IMG/VR virus record: IMGVR_UViG_3300045988_107637
Location: 14,411 to 78,410 of that record
Length of the DNA: 64,000 nucleotides
From: a virus
Direction: 5' to 3' (one strand)
Positions 16,625-25,800 of this stretch are shown here, in pieces. Within the stretch, counting starts at the first letter, position 1; every line of letters begins with the position of its first letter. Under the pieces are notes generated by a model. It did no database searches. It was not told the DNA's origin and was given only the letters and a program-made list of their open reading frames with translations. The translations under genes and the position numbers were made by a program.

Positions 16625-16681
16625 ACTTACATTAAATTGAGCCTATGGACGCTAAATAAAAATGCTACTTTTAATGTAAGT
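16625..16681. repeat. 12-bp inverted repeat (ACTTACATTAAA / TTTAATGTAAGT) with 33-nt spacer in the divergent terL/scaffold control region
   Basis: Read directly. Ends about 27 nt upstream of the TATTTTTG -7 box. Confidence 0.6.
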
Positions 16682-16707
16682 ATGGTATGAGTAATGAAAA
16701 AGCTATT

Positions 16708-16715
16708 TATTTTTG
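16708..16715 (+). promoter_or_regulatory. Bacteroides-type -7 box (TATTTTTG)
   Basis: Matches TAnnTTTG, 29 nt upstream of the ATG at 16744. No clear -33 TTTG. Confidence 0.4.
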
Positions 16716-16743
16716 TTCAAAATAATAAAATCATTGACGAACA

Positions 16744-17370
16744 ATGGCACAAAAAGAAGAAGTTTTATCTAAAGTTAATCAGATTTGCGAAGAACGTAAT
16801 TTTGATTTGAGTGAAACATTCAGAGATAAGTTCTCTGAGAAATTTGCAGAAGCTTACAAGGATGCTCCGATTGAAGATGCTGGCTTAGTAGCCGCATTGA
16901 ATATTTCAGTTGAAAGTAGCGGACATGCAAGAAAGAACGCATTCTCAGAAGCGACTAAGGGATTTGAAGCTAAGGAAGCTGAATATAAATCTCAGATTGA
17001 AGAATGGAAGAAAAAGGCTGAAAAAGGTAATCAAGAGCCTCCGAAATTTGAGTTGCCTGCCGAGTACAAAGAGAAACTTGATAGGCTGGAAAAATTTGAA
17101 TTGCAAGAGAAAACGAAGTCTGTTCGCAATCAGATATACGACACAGCCAAGTCTAAGGTGAGGGAAGATTTACATGAATCTTTTCGTAACTATCTTGGTA
17201 AGCAGAATATCGCAATTGATGCTGATATTAATGCCGAGGCAGAAAGACTGCTGAAAGATTATCAAGATATATTCAGAAGCTCTATTGGTGATATTACACC
17301 ATTATCTCCGGACGGAAAGAAAACAACAATGGAAGACTACCTTGCTGCCATAAAACCCGTCAAACTTTAA
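16744..17370 (+). CDS. scaffolding protein candidate
   Basis: 208 aa, highly charged and helical (KAEKGNQEPPKFELPAEYKEKLDRLEKFELQEK). First gene of the capsid arm. Confidence 0.45.
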   Translation: MAQKEEVLSKVNQICEERNFDLSETFRDKFSEKFAEAYKDAPIEDAGLVAALNISVESSGHARKNAFSEATKGFEAKEAEYKSQIEEWKKKAEKGNQEPPKFELPAEYKEKLDRLEKFELQEKTKSVRNQIYDTAKSKVREDLHESFRNYLGKQNIAIDADINAEAERLLKDYQDIFRSSIGDITPLSPDGKKTTMEDYLAAIKPVKL

Positions 17371-17377
17371 GATAGTA

Positions 17378-17503
17378 TTAACCCAACCGATGGCGTATCG
17401 GGGATTGGACGGTGAGAACCCAACTATGGATGACCGGGGCGCAAGCTCCCTAAGAAGTAGTGGTCCGATGAAACGTCAAATGTCCTACAAGGACATGAAC
17501 GCT
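17378..17503 (+). ncRNA. structured leader RNA, copy 2
   Basis: Starts 8 nt after the scaffold stop and ends 12 nt before the ATG at 17516. No upstream box. Confidence 0.75.
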
Positions 17504-17515
17504 TAACAAAAGAAA

Positions 17516-18214
17516 ATGGCACAATTTAATTTAGAAACCTTCTTTGCTTCCGCTAAACAATTTAGAGGTGGCAAGTTCGTATGGTGGAAGGACGCCAATC
17601 ACGAGGAACGTTCCAATGTTCTCTATGGCTCTACCATTGCAAACCCTTATACGGGTTTTGGCTATGCTTTTGCGGCTGATTTGTACGAATACAGATTGTG
17701 GAAACCGGGTTTCCTTCTGAAAACGTTTAAGGTGGCAAAGGCTATTACTGCTGGCACAGACACTACTCTGTATGTAGATGGTTCTGGCTATTCTCACATT
17801 CCCGAAGTAGGCAATGTACTTATGAAAGCTCCCGATACAGTTGAAACTACGGGGCAGTCTGGTAAGGTTACATCTGTTGAGTTCGATGAAGAGAACAAGC
17901 AGTTTATTCTTACTGTTGACACTGCAATCGGTGCTCTGACTACTGATGATATTTTGGTTGAAGCTGCTGACAAAAAAGGTGATGTTGCAACTGCTGCTGC
18001 TACCGACGCTACTGTGTTGGTTAAAAACCCGAATACCTTCATCGAAGTAGATACACAGTTTGCTCCGACTGATGGTCGCTGGGGAGTTACTAATGTTCAG
18101 CACAACATCAACACTGTTTATGGAAAGCGTGCATTTGTTGACCGTATGCAACCGCTTCCGAAGTATGTATTGGCTAAGAACCGCAACTACATCGAAGGTG
18201 TATTTGAAATCTAA
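17516..18214 (+). CDS. capsid-associated protein (decoration or auxiliary head protein candidate)
   Basis: 232-aa ORF between the scaffold and the major capsid gene. Function is inferred from position only. Confidence 0.35.
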   Translation: MAQFNLETFFASAKQFRGGKFVWWKDANHEERSNVLYGSTIANPYTGFGYAFAADLYEYRLWKPGFLLKTFKVAKAITAGTDTTLYVDGSGYSHIPEVGNVLMKAPDTVETTGQSGKVTSVEFDEENKQFILTVDTAIGALTTDDILVEAADKKGDVATAAATDATVLVKNPNTFIEVDTQFAPTDGRWGVTNVQHNINTVYGKRAFVDRMQPLPKYVLAKNRNYIEGVFEI

Positions 18215-18231
18215 AGGAAAGGAGTAGAATT

Positions 18232-19479
18232 ATGGCAAACGCATATAAATATCAATTTAATCCCGACGAGTTAGTAAACCAACTCTATCAAAGAGGATTG
18301 GTAAACTCTGACGGTACGAGTGTATTTATTCAGACGCTCGTTGACGAGAAAATCGTCATGGATGCAAACCAGTTCTTTTGGCAGGAACACTTCACTGTTG
18401 ATGGTGGTAAGTACCCTATTGACATGAGCCGCCCGAAGCTTGACCCTGCTTATACTATCTATAATGTTACTCGCCGCCCCGTTCCGATGGCTGATGCAAT
18501 GACACCGTTGAGTGAAGTTGCTCAGATGGATAACGAAGGCTGGGAACAGAGAACTGGTACTATCCCTCAGTTCGGTAAAGGTTTGTTTGAAACTTCTCTT
18601 TCAAAAGAGGAATTGAAAGCACGCTTGAATGAACTTGGTGAAGCTAATGCTACTTTGTTGGAAGGTTATGTACGTGGTGTTGCTGACTTGATTAAGACAC
18701 ACAACTACCGTCTTTCTAACATTGCCGCACAAGCCTTGTCTAAGGGAGGTCAGTACAGCAATGCTGATTCTCGTGGTATGTCCGGTGTCGTACATGAGTT
18801 CCCGAAGTATGTACCTGCTGAAAACTTTGTTAAGGCTGGCAAGGAAGTATGGACGAACGCAGAAGCCAACATTCCGGAACAAATGGCAAAGATTGAGAAA
18901 GATTTCCGTGACCGTACTGGATTTACTGGTACAATGGAATGGGATTTGCCGTATGACATGGTTATCACTCACTTGCTGAACAACAAATACTTCAAGGAAG
19001 AAGTTAACCGTTGGATTCGCTTGTATGCGCCCGATAAGGTTATTGTTGTTACTAATGGTGCTTCCGGCATTGATACTAACATCATTTCTTGGGAGCAGCT
19101 TATTCAGTATTCTCGTTCTTCTGTATCTAAGATTTCTCCTATCCGCATTGTGAAAGAGGAACAAGTGGTACAAGACATCAAAACGATTAAGACTGTACAA
19201 GGCTGGAAGTCGGGTGTAGCAGTTCTGCGTCCTATTGGCTTTGCTGGTAAGGTTGTTCATTCTGATGTTGCCGATGTTATCTTGTTGCAGCGTGAAGCAA
19301 ACAAGACGATTGACTATTCAATCGCTTCTGCACAGAATGACTTGATTTATATTATCAATAAGGTAGTTCCTAACGGTATCTACAAGGCATATCATACTGA
19401 TGCTATCGGTCGTTATATGCCAGTGCTGACCGAGTTTATGGAACACATTGTTGTTGATACTTTGACTGCTGATTCTTAA
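18232..19479 (+). CDS. major capsid protein
   Basis: 415 aa with a GGAAAGGAG RBS-like element. Called from its position after the scaffold/decoration genes and before the connector genes. Confidence 0.6.
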   Translation: MANAYKYQFNPDELVNQLYQRGLVNSDGTSVFIQTLVDEKIVMDANQFFWQEHFTVDGGKYPIDMSRPKLDPAYTIYNVTRRPVPMADAMTPLSEVAQMDNEGWEQRTGTIPQFGKGLFETSLSKEELKARLNELGEANATLLEGYVRGVADLIKTHNYRLSNIAAQALSKGGQYSNADSRGMSGVVHEFPKYVPAENFVKAGKEVWTNAEANIPEQMAKIEKDFRDRTGFTGTMEWDLPYDMVITHLLNNKYFKEEVNRWIRLYAPDKVIVVTNGASGIDTNIISWEQLIQYSRSSVSKISPIRIVKEEQVVQDIKTIKTVQGWKSGVAVLRPIGFAGKVVHSDVADVILLQREANKTIDYSIASAQNDLIYIINKVVPNGIYKAYHTDAIGRYMPVLTEFMEHIVVDTLTADS

Positions 19480-19495
19480 ACTTGGAGGGTTATAT

Positions 19496-19867
19496 ATGAC
19501 TATACTTGAATGGCTTTCTTCATCTTGTCGGTATTCGTTTGAGGAGAATACATTTATGAGAATTGCTCTTGACCGCGGCATCACAGATGTAAACGAGGAT
19601 GCTATGACGTTGACCCAAGAGCAAAAGGATTTAATGACTGCCGATATAATATTTACCGCAGTGTTGTTAAGCCCTTCAAGTACAGCATCTCAATCTGCCT
19701 CTCATAATAACTTCCAGCGTACAGTTGGGTCAGAGACGGACATCTATCAGAGTAATAAAATAAGTTATGCTTTGGGCATATATAAGAGATACAATGACCC
19801 TAATTACGAGGTTCTTATCTCTGCTCGTCCAAAGATTAAACTCTTGAAAATTATAGATGTGATATGA
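19496..19867 (+). CDS. head-tail connector / hypothetical structural protein
   Basis: 123 aa with GGAGGG upstream. Overlaps the next ORF by 4 nt. Confidence 0.45.
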   Translation: MTILEWLSSSCRYSFEENTFMRIALDRGITDVNEDAMTLTQEQKDLMTADIIFTAVLLSPSSTASQSASHNNFQRTVGSETDIYQSNKISYALGIYKRYNDPNYEVLISARPKIKLLKIIDVI

Positions 19868-20208
19868 TTTCATTCAGTGACATAGAAGAATTTCCTTTTT
19901 CGGGACGTATATACAGAATCATCGAAAGTTCTATGGGCGACGATGAAGAAGATACCGTCTACGAAGGAGTAATGGACGTGAATCTTTCTGTTGCTGAATC
20001 CGGTTCGACCGCTCAAACAAGCGACTACGTTGTTTCTATTCCTTTGATAAAAGGAGAGGACGGGAAGTATATTAATCCAGTACGTAATGAAGACTGGATA
20101 GAATGTGATGTTATGGGAGAGCAAATTAAGATGCAAGTTGATAACAGCATACCTTCGATGTTAGGTGCTATAACTATATATGCAAATAGAAAAGGTGGAT
20201 GGCGATAA
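19864..20208 (+). CDS. head-tail adaptor candidate
   Basis: 114 aa, translationally coupled on both sides. Confidence 0.45.
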   Translation: MISFSDIEEFPFSGRIYRIIESSMGDDEEDTVYEGVMDVNLSVAESGSTAQTSDYVVSIPLIKGEDGKYINPVRNEDWIECDVMGEQIKMQVDNSIPSMLGAITIYANRKGGWR

Positions 20209-20696
20209 AAGTAAAAGTTGATTTGAGTGGTTTGAAAAGGGTTCGGCAAGAACTGTTTGACAGACTTGCTGGCGAGCAAACCCAGCGACTAATAGCCTAT
20301 GCACCCGAATTGTTGAAGAAAGCATATTCTGAAAGCGGATTTACCGACCAGACTTACAACTTGGCTGATAGTTATATTTGGGCTGTGTTCTATCAAGGCA
20401 ATTTGAAGGGGAGCGGCTACTTGTATCCGTATCAGATGGCAACTAAAAACTCAAAGTATCATGGCAAGCTGATAGATGGAAGAAAGCTTGCTGACGAGTT
20501 CTTGGCAAACTATACTCCTGCCACTTATATAGGATGGGATTTGGTGCTGGCAGCAACAGTGCCTTATGCTCCTATATTGGAAGGAGGAAATACTGGAAAT
20601 CCAAGACGAAGATTTGAGGTGTTATCAACCATATATGACGATATTAAGGAAGATTTTGCAGGGAAGGCAACTGTTAAAACAATAGGAGGCATTTAG
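20199..20696 (+). CDS. HK97 gp10-like head-tail joining protein candidate
   Basis: 165 aa. The N-terminus MAIKVKVDLSGLKRVRQELFDRLAGE is reminiscent of the gp10 family. Position also fits. Confidence 0.4.
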   Translation: MAIKVKVDLSGLKRVRQELFDRLAGEQTQRLIAYAPELLKKAYSESGFTDQTYNLADSYIWAVFYQGNLKGSGYLYPYQMATKNSKYHGKLIDGRKLADEFLANYTPATYIGWDLVLAATVPYAPILEGGNTGNPRRRFEVLSTIYDDIKEDFAGKATVKTIGGI

Positions 20697-20736
20697 CTTT
20701 TTATAAATAATGCCAATGTAGCGAAAACCAAGCTAC
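20693..20736 (+). promoter_or_regulatory. conserved late box (copy upstream of leader 3)
   Basis: TTAGCTTTTTATAAATAATGCCAATGTAGCGAAAACCAAGCTAC. Its TAG is the stop codon of the upstream gene. Confidence 0.45.
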
Positions 20737-20750
20737 ACCTAAAAATAATA

Positions 20751-20876
20751 TTAACCCAACCGCTGGCGCAGCGGGGATTGGACGGTGAGAACCCAACTAT
20801 GGACGACCGGGGCGCAAGCTCTCTAAGAAGTAGTGGCTCGATGAAACGTCAAGTGTCCCACAAGGACATGAACGCC
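20751..20876 (+). ncRNA. structured leader RNA, copy 3
   Basis: Carries the double compensatory change CCGCUG...CAGCGG in the first hairpin. Ends 10 nt before the ATG at 20887. Confidence 0.8.
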
Positions 20877-20886
20877 CAATAGGGAT

Positions 20887-21318
20887 ATGAGTGTAATTGA
20901 TGCAAGGCGAATGCCGATATACCAATATGTTTATTCTCTCTTCATAGATAAGGTTACAAAGTACATCTATCCGATGGAAATGCCTACCAAGTTGGAGGAG
21001 GAGATAAATGCTGGCGGTTTCATGGTTATCCGTCTGGGAGAAATTAAGGATAAGAGCCAGTTCAACTTGAATGCTCTTGCGAGCGTTCGCGTGACAGTTG
21101 AGATGTATATTCCTCCCAAGACAAGAGGTCGGCTTGATACCACTTTGCTGGAAAAGTATGAAACAAGCATATCCGATATTGTGAATGCAGAAGTTGAGAA
21201 AGCCGGAGAAAAATACGACATATCAACTGATGGTATATTGTCAACTGATGATATATATAATGAGAGCGACAATCTGTTCTTCATGTATATTAAATCATTT
21301 ATGGTACTAATAAAGTAA
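20887..21318 (+). CDS. tail terminator / tail completion candidate
   Basis: 143-aa ORF between the connector genes and the major tail gene. Confidence 0.4.
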   Translation: MSVIDARRMPIYQYVYSLFIDKVTKYIYPMEMPTKLEEEINAGGFMVIRLGEIKDKSQFNLNALASVRVTVEMYIPPKTRGRLDTTLLEKYETSISDIVNAEVEKAGEKYDISTDGILSTDDIYNESDNLFFMYIKSFMVLIK

Positions 21319-21321
21319 AAA

Positions 21322-21447
21322 TTAACCCAACCGATGGCGCATCGGGGATTGGACGGTGAGAACCCAACTATGGACGACCGGAGCACAAGCTCCCTAAGAA
21401 GTAGCGGCTCGATGAAACGTCAAGTGTTCCATAAGGACATGAACGCC
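21322..21447 (+). ncRNA. structured leader RNA, copy 4
   Basis: Starts 4 nt after the stop at 21318. Lies 43 nt upstream of the ATG at 21491. No upstream box. Confidence 0.75.
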
Positions 21448-21490
21448 TCATTTATAATCAATATAAATAATAATTTAAAAATTAGACGAG

Positions 21491-22000
21491 ATGGCTACAC
21501 AAGATTTGTTGACTTACAAATGTAAGTCTTTAGGCTATGCGGAAGTCGGGGCTGGTGCAGAAGCTTCTTATACTCCTCTTATGGGTGTGTTGGAAGGTTT
21601 GTCTATTAGTCAAGAAACCGCAAGTGAAAGTGCTATTAACGGTGAGTTCTATGATACTCCGCTTGATAGCGTGGGTACACTTGGTTCTTACAAGATTGAA
21701 TTTGACTTGGTTAAGTACAAACCGGAAGAGATTGCCGCTATGGAAGGCGGTAAGTTTACCGCTTCTACTGGCTTGTACACAATGCCTTTTTCATTCACCA
21801 ACGTTTACAAGAAGTTCAAGTTGGAGTTCTACAATGGTATTGACTACATTGTTATTTACAAAGGTAAGGTCGCTACCAATTGGGATGGTACTGATTTGAA
21901 GACTGCCCCGTTGAAATTGCACATTGTTATCACTGCTTTGGTTGACGATGATGGCAAGACAGTTGAGATGAAGATGGCTGAACCTTCTGCTGGAGGCTAA
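21491..22000 (+). CDS. major tail protein candidate
   Basis: 169 aa, immediately upstream of the chaperone pair and tape measure, and followed by a terminator-like hairpin. Confidence 0.5.
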   Translation: MATQDLLTYKCKSLGYAEVGAGAEASYTPLMGVLEGLSISQETASESAINGEFYDTPLDSVGTLGSYKIEFDLVKYKPEEIAAMEGGKFTASTGLYTMPFSFTNVYKKFKLEFYNGIDYIVIYKGKVATNWDGTDLKTAPLKLHIVITALVDDDGKTVEMKMAEPSAGG

Positions 22001-22022
22001 GACCCATTATAAATCAAGAGAA

Positions 22023-22056
22023 AGGGCAGTGGCTTGTTTGCTGCTGTCCTTTTTTC
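22023..22056 (+). terminator. intrinsic terminator / attenuator after the major tail gene
   Basis: GGGCAGUGGC-UUGUUU-GCUGCUGUCC (contains G.U pairs) followed by TTTTTTC. Confidence 0.55.
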
Positions 22057-22068
22057 TTTAATGCACAA

Positions 22069-22617
22069 ATGATAATGGAAGAAAAGGATTTAATTATACC
22101 GGACGAGCTAAAGAGGGAAATATCAGAGATTATGACTGACAATCCTACGCTTGTCAAGTTAGGAGATAAGCAGTATAAGGTGCATCGGTTGAGGGCATAC
22201 TCATACCAGCGTATTTTCCAATTAGCGTTGAAATTACAAAAGGAAGAGGATATTAAGGATGATAAGAGCATGATGTATGCCCTATGTACGGACTTGGACG
22301 TAAGCTCCGAGATTGTAGCAATAATTCTTGTTAATCACCTCTTCTCACCAGATGATATAACCGATTATGCGAGTGCGATAGAAGTTATGAGCAGAAATGA
22401 CAAACTGATAGCTTTTATGAAGGCTCGTATTCTCAACTCCGTATTTGAGCCTGCTCAATGGGCGGCAATCATTATTGAAGCAATAAACAGCATCGACTTA
22501 TCACCGGTTTTTACGGTGCTCATATCGGGGAAGGCTCTTATGGTTTCGCAGACGAATATGAGGAAGAAGGTAGCGGAACAATTAACATTATGGCGGCAAG
22601 CCAAATCGGAGATTTAG
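22069..22617 (+). CDS. tail assembly chaperone (G-like)
   Basis: 182 aa directly upstream of the tape measure. Its 3' end overlaps a -1 frame ORF. Confidence 0.5.
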   Translation: MIMEEKDLIIPDELKREISEIMTDNPTLVKLGDKQYKVHRLRAYSYQRIFQLALKLQKEEDIKDDKSMMYALCTDLDVSSEIVAIILVNHLFSPDDITDYASAIEVMSRNDKLIAFMKARILNSVFEPAQWAAIIIEAINSIDLSPVFTVLISGKALMVSQTNMRKKVAEQLTLWRQAKSEI

Positions 22618-22841
22618 GTGATTTCATACGTAGCTTTCCGCAGTTTACGTATGACGATTACCTTTATAGATTGTCTATGGCGCAAGTTCTTTTCTTGACA
22701 GTAGACAGTACCCATATTAAATATTTGCGTGGCAAAGACAAGGAAATATGGGAAAAGTTTTGGAAACGACGTAAAAGTGATAGAAGTGAGTTGCAAGCGC
22801 CTAAGCGTAGTGTGTTAGATACCATACCAAGAATAAAATAA
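22590..22841 (+). CDS. -1 frame extension of the tail chaperone (GT-like)
   Basis: The -1 frame is open from 22479. It overlaps the G-like ORF and ends 12 nt before the tape measure ATG. The arrangement is canonical, but no textbook slippery heptamer was seen. Confidence 0.4.
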   Translation: MAASQIGDLGDFIRSFPQFTYDDYLYRLSMAQVLFLTVDSTHIKYLRGKDKEIWEKFWKRRKSDRSELQAPKRSVLDTIPRIK

Positions 22842-22853
22842 AAAGTAGCAGCG

Positions 22854-25800
22854 ATGGCAGACAATAAAGATGTAGTTATTAGTGCTTCAATGTCTGATAA
22901 GGACTTGTTATCAAGCATAGATGAAACTCTAAAGAAGACGGAAAAGCGTCTGGAAGATTTCACCAACAAGCTGGAAGGCAAGTTGGCGAGTGTGGAGGGC
23001 TTTGCCGACCAATTAGGTAAGAATATTGGCAAGGGCTTAGTTGATGGCTTTAACCAACAAATCCGTCCTTTGGAAACGAAGATTTCAGAATTGGAAGCCA
23101 AGCTTAAAAGTTTGGGGGCAACTAATATTGCACAAGGTAATACTGCTGCCACGCAAGCTACTACTACGAATGTATCTGTAGACGTTAATTCCATGAACCA
23201 AGCCTTGCAAGTTGCCAATAATTTGCGAGAAGTATTCTCTAAGATACAAGGGAACACAACCCGTATTAAGAATAATATGGAGCAATTGGCTACTGTTAAA
23301 ACTGATGTGCAAGAGGCAAGAATTAATGTTCACGTTGCTCAAAGGGAGAAGCTACTTCAAAGAGAAATATTGCTCCGGCAGCAGACTGCCAACTTAGCAG
23401 CAAGAATAGCAAGAGAAGAGGAGAAGAGTAGAATATCACAAGGAGGTCAAAGCTACGAAAAGGCTATGGCTATGGGCAATAAGTCAATTCAAGAAAGGAC
23501 TGAAAAGCTAAAAGCCTTGCAGATTGTACAACGTAATCTCTCCACGGATGATGCAGAATATGCAATGAAGCTTCGTAATGTCAATAAAGCTATGGAGGAC
23601 TTGAAAAAGCAAAATGCGGAAGCTTTATCCAGTGGTATTCAACTTCAAAAGGCAAATAACAGTTTAGCTGAATCATTTAAGAACTTAGGTAAAAGAGTTC
23701 TGTTCTATACTGGATTAGGAGCGTTAACTGGCTTTGTAAAAAGTCTTATGGACGTTAGAGGTCAGTATGAATTACTTGAACGTTCGATTGGTGCTGTACT
23801 TGGTGACTTTGAAAAAGGTTCTCAGATATTTCGGGAACAACAAGAATTAGCATTAAAATCTCCATTTACCGTATTGGATTTGGCTGGTGCTACGAAACAG
23901 CTTACTGCCTATAATTTTGAAGCGGAAGAGCTTGTAGACGTTTCAAGACGTATGGCAGATATTAGTGCTGCTCTTGGTGTCCCTATGGAACGTCTGACCT
24001 ACAACTTAGGACAGATTAGAGCACAGACTGTTCTTACAGCAAGGGATGCTCGTGACTTTGCTAATGCTGGTCTTTCTATAACTACAGAGCTTGCTAAGAT
24101 GTACACTGAACAAGAAGAAAGAATTGTTTCAGTAGGTGATGTCATGGATAGAATGTCTAATAAGATGGTTTCCTTTACTGATGTAATGAAAGTTTTAAAT
24201 CGTTATACAGATGAAGGCGGAATGTTCTATGACTTCCAAGCAAAGCAAGCTGAAACTTTAGCAGGACAGTTATCTAACTTAACCGATGCTTATGACTTCA
24301 TGCTAAATGAGATTGGTAAGGAGAATCAAGGCATGTTAACCGGAAGCATATCTCTTGTAAGAAGTCTGTTTGAGAATTGGCGAAGTGTAGCTAATATATT
24401 GACAGTTGTTGCTACTGCTTTGGGTGTATATAAGACAGCTCAAATAGCAGTTGCTACTGTACAACTTGCTGCTAATATGAATTTACGCAAGTATTCAGAA
24501 TATTTGGTAATAGCAAGAAAGGCATTGAGAGATAAGGCTGCTGCGACAAGGCTTGCAGAAGCTTCAACTCAAAACTTGAATAAAACTCTTCTTGCCGTTG
24601 CAAAGAATCCTTATGCGGTAATAATTGCTGGATTAGCTGCTTTGGGAGTTGCTATTTATCAAGCATACACAAATGCCACTAAGTTTAGGAAAGAACTGGA
24701 AAGCATTACTGCTGGCGGTCTTATAAATGCACAGCAAATGACTTCTGACTTTGACGCTTTAGTAAAGAAGTTAAATGAATCGGAAAAAGGAAGTAGAAAT
24801 TTCAGCGATGCTTTGAAGGAGATAAACAATACTTATGGCTCATATCTCCCCAATATGTTGACTGAAATCAACTATGCTTCTGAACTTGCTAAAAATTACA
24901 ATAAAGTTGTATATGCTATTTATAATAAAGCAAAGTCACAAGCTCTTGAAAAGAGTTATCAAGTAATAACAGAAAAGTACTCTGAACAACAACAAGATGC
25001 TATTGCCAATATTATAGAGAAAATGACAGAAGGAGGTATCTCTAAAGTAAATGCACAAGAGATTACCCGAAACTTTGTTGCAAGTTTGGATAAAGGACTT
25101 TCCAAAGGTGAAACTTATATGGCAAGATTCTACTCTATCTCTAAGAAGTATCTTGGCGGTTCTACTGCTGAAATGGAAAAGCTTAATCCAGTTGTTCAGT
25201 CTTTATTTGGTTCATCCGGAAGCATTGACAAGTTAGGTAAGGCGATTACAGAGCAAAAGAAGGCTATTCAAGAAGTTCGTGAAGCCAGTGATATTATCAG
25301 CAATAGACCAACTTATTCCAGTGTAATAGAAGGTCAAGCAATAGATAATATCAATGAGAAATATAAGAAGCTGGAACAAAATCAGAAGAACGAGAAGCTA
25401 AGACTTATCGAACTTCAAGCTGCATATAAGAAACTTGGCAATACTTATATGTACGACCAGATAACCGAACAACTTCAAAAGTACAATGTAGAGTTAAAGG
25501 ATTGGCAGAAGAATGTTAATTCTATTGTTCAGAAAGCTGGAGGTGGTGCTGGTGCAGGCTTTGCCATTAAGCAGGATGAAGATATTTGGAGTTATATTGA
25601 CCGATTGAAAAAGGAATATAGGTCGCTTACTGCACAACAAGAAGAAATATCTAAAGGTCTTACTGCAAGTCCCGAAGAAAAAGAATATGTTGCCAATCGT
25701 TTGAAAGTTGCAAGACAAATTGCCTCTGCATTAAATCTTGACCTTAGCACTCAAAAAGAGATGAATAAGGCAAAGAAGGAGGAAATGGATTTATTGAAGC

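Noticed and set aside
17378-17503. Possible hammerhead or other small self-cleaving ribozyme (CGAUGAAAC resembles CUGAUGA...GAAA)
   Set aside because: There is no stem II between the two core halves and no matching three-stem junction. I could not fit the twister, pistol or hatchet consensus from memory either. Self-cleavage remains untested but is not supported by the sequence.
17531-19260. Long minus-strand ORFs (17531-18151, 17794-18042, 18601-19260, 18750-18968) opposite the capsid genes
   Set aside because: They are antisense shadow ORFs inside strongly supported plus-strand genes. They have low-complexity, odd composition and no start context.
21334-21525. 63-aa ORF (MAHRGLDGENPTMDDR...) and similar ~38-aa readings in the other repeat copies
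   Set aside because: It lies within the repeated structured element. Copy 3 lacks the ATG because of a helix-compensating change, and copy 5 is frameshifted. Sequence variation preserves base pairing rather than the peptide.
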